A stretch of 63,910 nucleotides of DNA, counting the filler, from Gonapodya sp. JEL0774 (lineage: Eukaryota): NCBI GenBank assembly GCA_027604505.1. It is 56 parts of 56 records of this genome, joined end to end, with 100 filler letters (N's around TTAATTAATTAA, not from the genome) between each part and the next. Parts side by side here need not be neighbours in the genome. Positions count along the whole stretch, not along the records: positions 58,329 to 59,365 come from JADIIX010004111.1; positions 59,466 to 60,502 come from JADIIX010004112.1; positions 60,603 to 61,638 come from JADIIX010004113.1; positions 61,739 to 62,774 come from JADIIX010004114.1; positions 62,875 to 63,910 come from JADIIX010004115.1; 51 more parts are not named here. One strand, written 5' to 3'. The translations under genes were made by a program, and so were the position numbers. Positions 58,509 to 63,910 of this stretch are shown piece after piece; position 1 is the stretch's first letter; the number at the start of each line of letters is the position of its first letter. The notes under the pieces were generated by a model. That model searched no databases. It worked only from the letters and a program-made list of their open reading frames with translations, and was not told the DNA's origin.

Positions 58509-59365
58509 TTACCAACGAGTTCGCGTGAACCCATGGAATTGATCCAGAAATGTCCCCGTCGTCGAGCAATTACTAAGCTCTTGCTTTTGGATGGCCTCTG
58601 GCATCCACCTGTGATCACCGGACCGAGAAAAGTAGGAAATTACCATAGTGTGTCTCACAGCCACGGCAGAGGTGACAATCACTCACTGTGTCAGCATATT
58701 TATGCGAGTCTCGTGCTGCAGGCGCACAGAAGCGAAGCAATGATTATGCCGCTGCACAGTTCACCTCCAGACGTAACTCTCCACCTACCGAAGGGTGAGT
58801 TGACAGATACTGCGGAGGTTCAGACTTCTGCGCAAGGGTCATTCGCTGCCACATCGCGATGGCAGAGCGAGGATCGTAGCAAGCTTGCGCCATGAGGAGG
58901 AGGCTATGTTGAAAATTGAGCGCACAAAACGACCGGTGATGTTCTCGTCGAATTAAACATACCCGATATAATCCTGAGGTATTAACACAAGGCATTCAAG
59001 TGAGCTTTGGATGTTGATTGAAGCGTCCGTATGAACTCACAGCTTCTGTCTCGACTTTGCGTGAGAATGGTCGGGAAACACCTGCGAAAGTAAATTGGCA
59101 GATTTTGAGCAATCGGGCCAGATTTGTTCGGAAATCTGCTGAACCCACCAAGATCAAAAAAGACTCGCGAAAGCCAGAAAGGTTCTTTCACCGCCAAGAA
59201 GACAATTAAAATAGCTTGAACTTCACGCGATATTGTAGCCCCATTGAATGTCCCGTTCTCACTTACCCCCGGATAGAACCAGCGCCAGAAGCACTTGAAG
59301 CAATATAACGACCTTCATATTGGACATTTTCTCTGCGGAGTGACGGGCAACCTGGTGAGCGATCT
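58509..59365 (-). CDS. OMA1: Mitochondrial metallopeptidase OMA1 (M48), 3' fragment
   Basis: (H)EIAHQVARHSAEKMS...PFSRKVETEA|DYIG|LLLMAQACYDPRSA...WQRM...PPQYLSTHPS|HETRI..L..|WMPEA. Confidence 0.92.
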
Positions 59366-59477
59366 NNNNNNNNNNNNNNNNNNNNNNNNNNNNNNNNNNN
59401 NNNNNNNNNTTAATTAATTAANNNNNNNNNNNNNNNNNNNNNNNNNNNNNNNNNNNNNNNNNNNNTACAATTTTCAG

Positions 59478-59592
59478 GATTGACGAGACTATCGACGTCG
59501 TCCGTGGGGTTGACGGAGAATCAGATGGTTCAATTTCTACTGCAGGCATTGTGTCGGAAGCTGACGAAAGGTCGAGACTGCTGGGAGCATGA
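59478..59592 (+). CDS. Last exon of an unknown gene ending in a dileucine-type sorting signal
   Basis: TTTTCAG acceptor, then IDETIDVV...EADERSRLLGA*. Confidence 0.45.
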
Positions 59593-61065
59593 GCGCCTTC
59601 CACCCTGTGGAATGCGAATGATAGGTTCGCACAGACCCCTTGGACATTTGCCTGGTGATTATACCATTAGGACGTACTTATTGGTGTGTACTTTACTCAA
59701 GCAAAGCTCATTTAAAGGAGGAGATACTTTGGGACATGCAAAGAGGCGATCCAGTGAGAGATACCCAATTGTATGTGTTGAAAGTAGTTCGTCTCGCTTT
59801 GACATATCACACTCGCAGTTGATCGGGGTGATCTATGGCCTGTGGGAGTTTTGGATTTTGTGTAATAATGGTGTGACTCTGTGACTCAATCATTGGGATC
59901 GCACCTGGTACAGGAAATATGACGAACAGGCCCGATTGTTCTCCCACTCGGCAGTCACTCCCTCGAGCCAGTCCCTCCGATTCTGCTAGGAAATGACCCT
60001 CGATAACCCAGATCATGGCATCGATACTTGGGTTCTCGAAACTATCTCTCACTTGCTGGGATGGGTGCGTTTCTTTGCCTCGATTCCCCCTGAAAAGACC
60101 GATATCCCGACTGATTCCACCTAAAGGCCTATTTTTCGTGTTGGAGCTTGTCCTTTTATCCCCAATCTTGGTTGAACTGGAAAACGAAGAGTGTGAAAGG
60201 AATGTCGTTGTACGTGATGCAATCCTCGTCTTTCGTCCACGATCGCACACCTGACGAATGCACTCTAGGGACTTTGTGGTGATGAACTGCGAGGGGATGC
60301 TTTTCCTTGCGGTGAGCGATGATGCCAGCTGTCCAGAATTGTAGAAAAAGTGACCCGAGGAACTCCTTGATCGCGGACCATTCCCACCTATCCACCGAGT
60401 CCTTAGATCTTTACGTGCGCTTTCTACCTCAATGAAGATATTCGAAAGCAGTATCGCGATCGGAACGACGGAAAGGACAATCTCGTGGCACTTTCCGATG
60501 TCNNNNNNNNNNNNNNNNNNNNNNNNNNNNNNNNNNNNNNNNNNNNTTAATTAATTAANNNNNNNNNNNNNNNNNNNNNNNNNNNNNNNNNNNNNNNNNN
60601 NNCACGAAAGATGCAGAGTGGGGCACACGACACTGAAGCACGAGTGTTATTAGTACCAGATCGCTTTCGGTCAAGTGGTCAGCGAAGTCAGTGTCCTTGC
60701 CATAACTCACACTCGCCCATATCGTCCAGGAACAAGTCCACTAAACATACGTCAACCCACCACACCGACCGTTCTCGGCATCATACAAAAGACCTCCGTA
60801 GTCACATGCGGATAGGAAATGTCTCACTGAGGGAGAAGAAACTCGCCGTCCAGTAAGGCGCTCATATCGCTGGAGATGTACTTCCACCATGTTCGGGTCA
60901 GCTCGTTCAGGTTGTCGTGGGCACCAAGCTGTGTTGCCAACCAATAGAGATGAGACTACACCGGTGCGTGAAGTTTACCATGAGAGGGACTAGCGATTCA
61001 AGCTCGTTGAGTAGAGAGAGCGCGGGGGGAGGTGGGAGGGGTGTTGGGGATTTTGTGGGGGGGGA

Positions 61066-61491
61066 GTGCACAGCGAGCCGCATACACAAACAGAGAGTGC
61101 ACACACGTTTACAGGCATAGCTTTTAGAGTAGGCATGTGGATTTTATATCCACTTTCAAAACATCAGGCAGTTCCTTCTTTCAGCACAGAATCCGCACGT
61201 TGCTTTCTCACTTGGTTCCACTGCAAGCCCGCGGCCTGCGGCACTTTTGATCTGTACACCATTAGCAAGGAATCATGCTCGCACAATGGCATAGTGAAGC
61301 ATGTAGGTATCCCCGTTATCATGCAAGCCCGTGGCCTGCGGCACTTTCGATCAACCAACCACCAGCGCTCACAGTTGAGCGCACAAATGGCGTACTTTTA
61401 ACTCAGATATACATTTGAATTGTATTTGGTTTGCATTACAGTGTAGCGAGCATAATCTATGCTTATCTACGACTCGCTGGTGTTGACAACA
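61066..61491 (+). mobile_element. LTR-like segment
   Basis: Preceded by PPT-like GGGGGGGAG, starts TG, ends ...GACAACA; contains ATTGTATTTGG (61419-61429). Confidence 0.45.
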
Positions 61492-61738
61492 CATCCTTCA
61501 CTCTTCGCTAATGAGAAACGCCCACCCCCGAGGTCAGACAGATCAGGCCACACCTCTCATAGTAGGCAGTCCTTGTGAGCGGAAACACGAACGCAGGCGG
61601 GAATCCCCCGCCAAGAAAGCCCCCCCAATGGGTTCGTCNNNNNNNNNNNNNNNNNNNNNNNNNNNNNNNNNNNNNNNNNNNNTTAATTAATTAANNNNNN
61701 NNNNNNNNNNNNNNNNNNNNNNNNNNNNNNNNNNNNNN

Positions 61739-61909
61739 GGAGCATTGGCCCCACGGTTCGGCGCATTGCTGAGCGAGCACGCCTGGAGGAGCCAGTGCCA
61801 GGCAGAAGGCAAAAACTAACACGAGTGTCCGCGTTTGCAGAGGTCCGTGTATCCCGCCGGCGCTTCTGGCGGTTCGAAACGCGGGTCGCTTGGACGTAGG
61901 AACAGACAT
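61739..61909 (-). CDS. Secreted protein N-terminus with a probable CBM1 start
   Basis: Signal-like LVLVFAFCLALAPPGVLA followed by QQCAEPWGQC. Confidence 0.55.
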
Positions 61910-62555
61910 AGCGAGACCACCCGCTTTGAAAATTGAGTTCCTGGCGAGCTCGACAACTCGATTAATGAACGATTCGGCTCGGCGAACGCACAACTTCGGT
62001 TTGCTTGGCAGGTTTTTGTGCAACGTGGCGGTTCTTGTTCTTCCCTTGATCCCAGTCCCTTTTGGAAATTACATACACACCGCAAGGGAATCGGATTTGC
62101 CCATATCCGGCTTTCATTACGTGTATTGGGTCGTTCACCTATTTCTCATTTTATACTACTGGGATGGTCAAAATGGATGCACCACACGGGTGACGTATCT
62201 TGCGCAGTTCCTGTTTCGTCACACCCGTCTGCATCCGCGATGTCCTCTATCGCACATGTCACGTGGGACTGTGGGTGAACGAGTCAAAAAGATTTATGGA
62301 GAAAATGTAACTTTGCTTTGAATCTTCTTACAAATTGCAGTCAACTACAATACCAAACTACAGTCTTGGGAGTGACAGCAACAAAACAAACGCGGGCCGG
62401 TCAGCTGTGAATACCACCAACAAGACCCTCCCAAAAGTAAAAGGAAATAGTGCCCGGATGAGTTGTAAAAAAAGCTGTCCATGACATGCCCCATCAACCC
62501 TCTATGCTACACTTGTCACCAATCGCAACACTGCATTCGCGCGCCTTTTCCATGG

Positions 62556-62755
62556 TCAAACCTTGGCCTGTGCCGCTGCAGCGGGCTCACCGACCCTCTC
62601 AGCAATGGACGCGTAGTTGCTCATATTGCGCTTGAGGATATCGACACAGGGCCCGAGAAGACGGGTGAATGCTTTCGCGTCGATCTTTGCGACCTTAAGA
62701 CGGCCATCTGCGACAATAGTCGCAGCGCGAGGATTGGAGGTAAGAAGGGCGAGTT
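62556..62755 (-). CDS. BCY1: cAMP-dependent protein kinase regulatory subunit, last exon
   Basis: [48 protein letters not shown]; absent from the ORF track. Confidence 0.93.
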
Positions 62756-63910
62756 CTGTGTTGGGGTGAGACGANNNNNNNNNNNNNNNNNNNNNNNNNN
62801 NNNNNNNNNNNNNNNNNNTTAATTAATTAANNNNNNNNNNNNNNNNNNNNNNNNNNNNNNNNNNNNNNNNNNNNTGGCCAGAGTTGATGTGAATTTTTTG
62901 TGGATTGAAGTTTGGTGTAGGGCGGTGTGGGGATACGAAAGTGAGAGGGGTGATGGATGACGACATTCGGAAGAGGCAACAACGCACCTGGAGGGAGGGG
63001 ACGGTTATCCATGGTAATAACCTTAGGGAGAGAGATGGAGGAAAGGAATCAAGAAAAGAGGGAGGATGGAGGGACGGGGGCGTGAGGGGGCGGAAGGAAT
63101 CGAACGTGTGCCGCGTGGGGGGTTAGAACGGTTTTGCGTCGAGCGAGGAGTGCGAGTTGAGGGAGTTGATCAGCAAATGCGATCCACCATCACAGGACAC
63201 AAAAACCCATCGCGCGTACCTGACTGTTTAAGGGTGAGTGTGAGAGAGTGCTGTGGGTGGAAATGAAATCGTGGGGACCTGGGGTTGTGAGGACTCAAAG
63301 GGGTCCCCACCATTATTAGTGTTCAGGCTGAGTCCAAGCAAAAGACTTTGACTTCATCTGCAATTGATCGCTTGAATGGGTTACAATGGGAAAACAATAA
63401 TTCATTGTTTTTTATTTTGTCGGTCAGAGTACGAGTCGATGGACAGTGGACGCGTCAGGTCGAGCACTCCGTAATATGATAACCTGTCGTCACATCAATC
63501 AATCATACCAGTACACAGTCACACTGAATTCTACGGATATCACCATTCAAAAAAAAAAACTAAAAATAATCCACCTTCAGCATTCATTCTCCCAGTGCTC
63601 TAAACTCTCAACTTTTCTTTTCACCAGAACACATCGTCCTGCGAGGGGGTGGAACGGCCGGGGGTTATGAGGGTTGAGGTGCGGGTGGGGGTGGGGACCG
63701 GAATCAGCGTCAATTTCGCCAACGGGTTGAACCACCTGTATCGACCACCACCACGCGCCACGAGCCACGAGTCCCGTGTCCCGTGTCCACTGCCCCGTGC
63801 CCCCTCTCGGCAAAAACAACAAGACCGCGTGTAACTCTCAACTCACAATGATGGCCGCTCCCAAGAGTCCCGCGCCAAGGCCCACGCCGACTCCGAGACC
63901 GACTTTGGTG

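Overview
This window is not a contiguous locus. It is an artificial concatenation of 56 small assembly contigs, size-sorted from 1049 down to 1036 bp. They are joined by 55 identical 100-bp linkers (44 N + TTAATTAATTAA + 44 N, stops in all six frames), so neighbourhoods across linkers carry no meaning and nearly every gene is a fragment. The DNA is eukaryotic, with many short (mostly about 50-100 nt) GT-AG introns. Gene content points to a flagellated (zoosporic) fungus, chytrid or monoblepharid, possibly Gonapodya-like (inference): CFAP20, a C8orf74/CLAMP-like ciliary protein, a fungal Zn2Cys6-type TF middle region, chitin deacetylase, CBM1 and methionine synthase reductase. Manual splicing recovers fragments of many housekeeping genes: ABD1, URA4, a CDK, OPI3, SOF1, SF3A2, ARS2, OMA1, PKA regulatory subunit, Aim32/Apd1, uL14m, mS45, a Rad60/Esc2-like protein, FRE, MFS and GT17. 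There are also ankyrin families and TE relics (gypsy, copia, a Tc1/mariner-like end, LTR-like segments). The strongest lead is a 963-nt, GC-rich, densely hairpin-forming putative 5'-UTR intron (57256-58218), a candidate structured ncRNA or regulatory intron. Other leads are a bacterial-type lamin-tail-domain gene split by six introns (candidate domesticated HGT), a CBM1-polyproline-Cys-rich secreted protein, and an intronless ORFan with 75-bp repeats that may be viral. All family assignments come from motif recognition, not from database searches.
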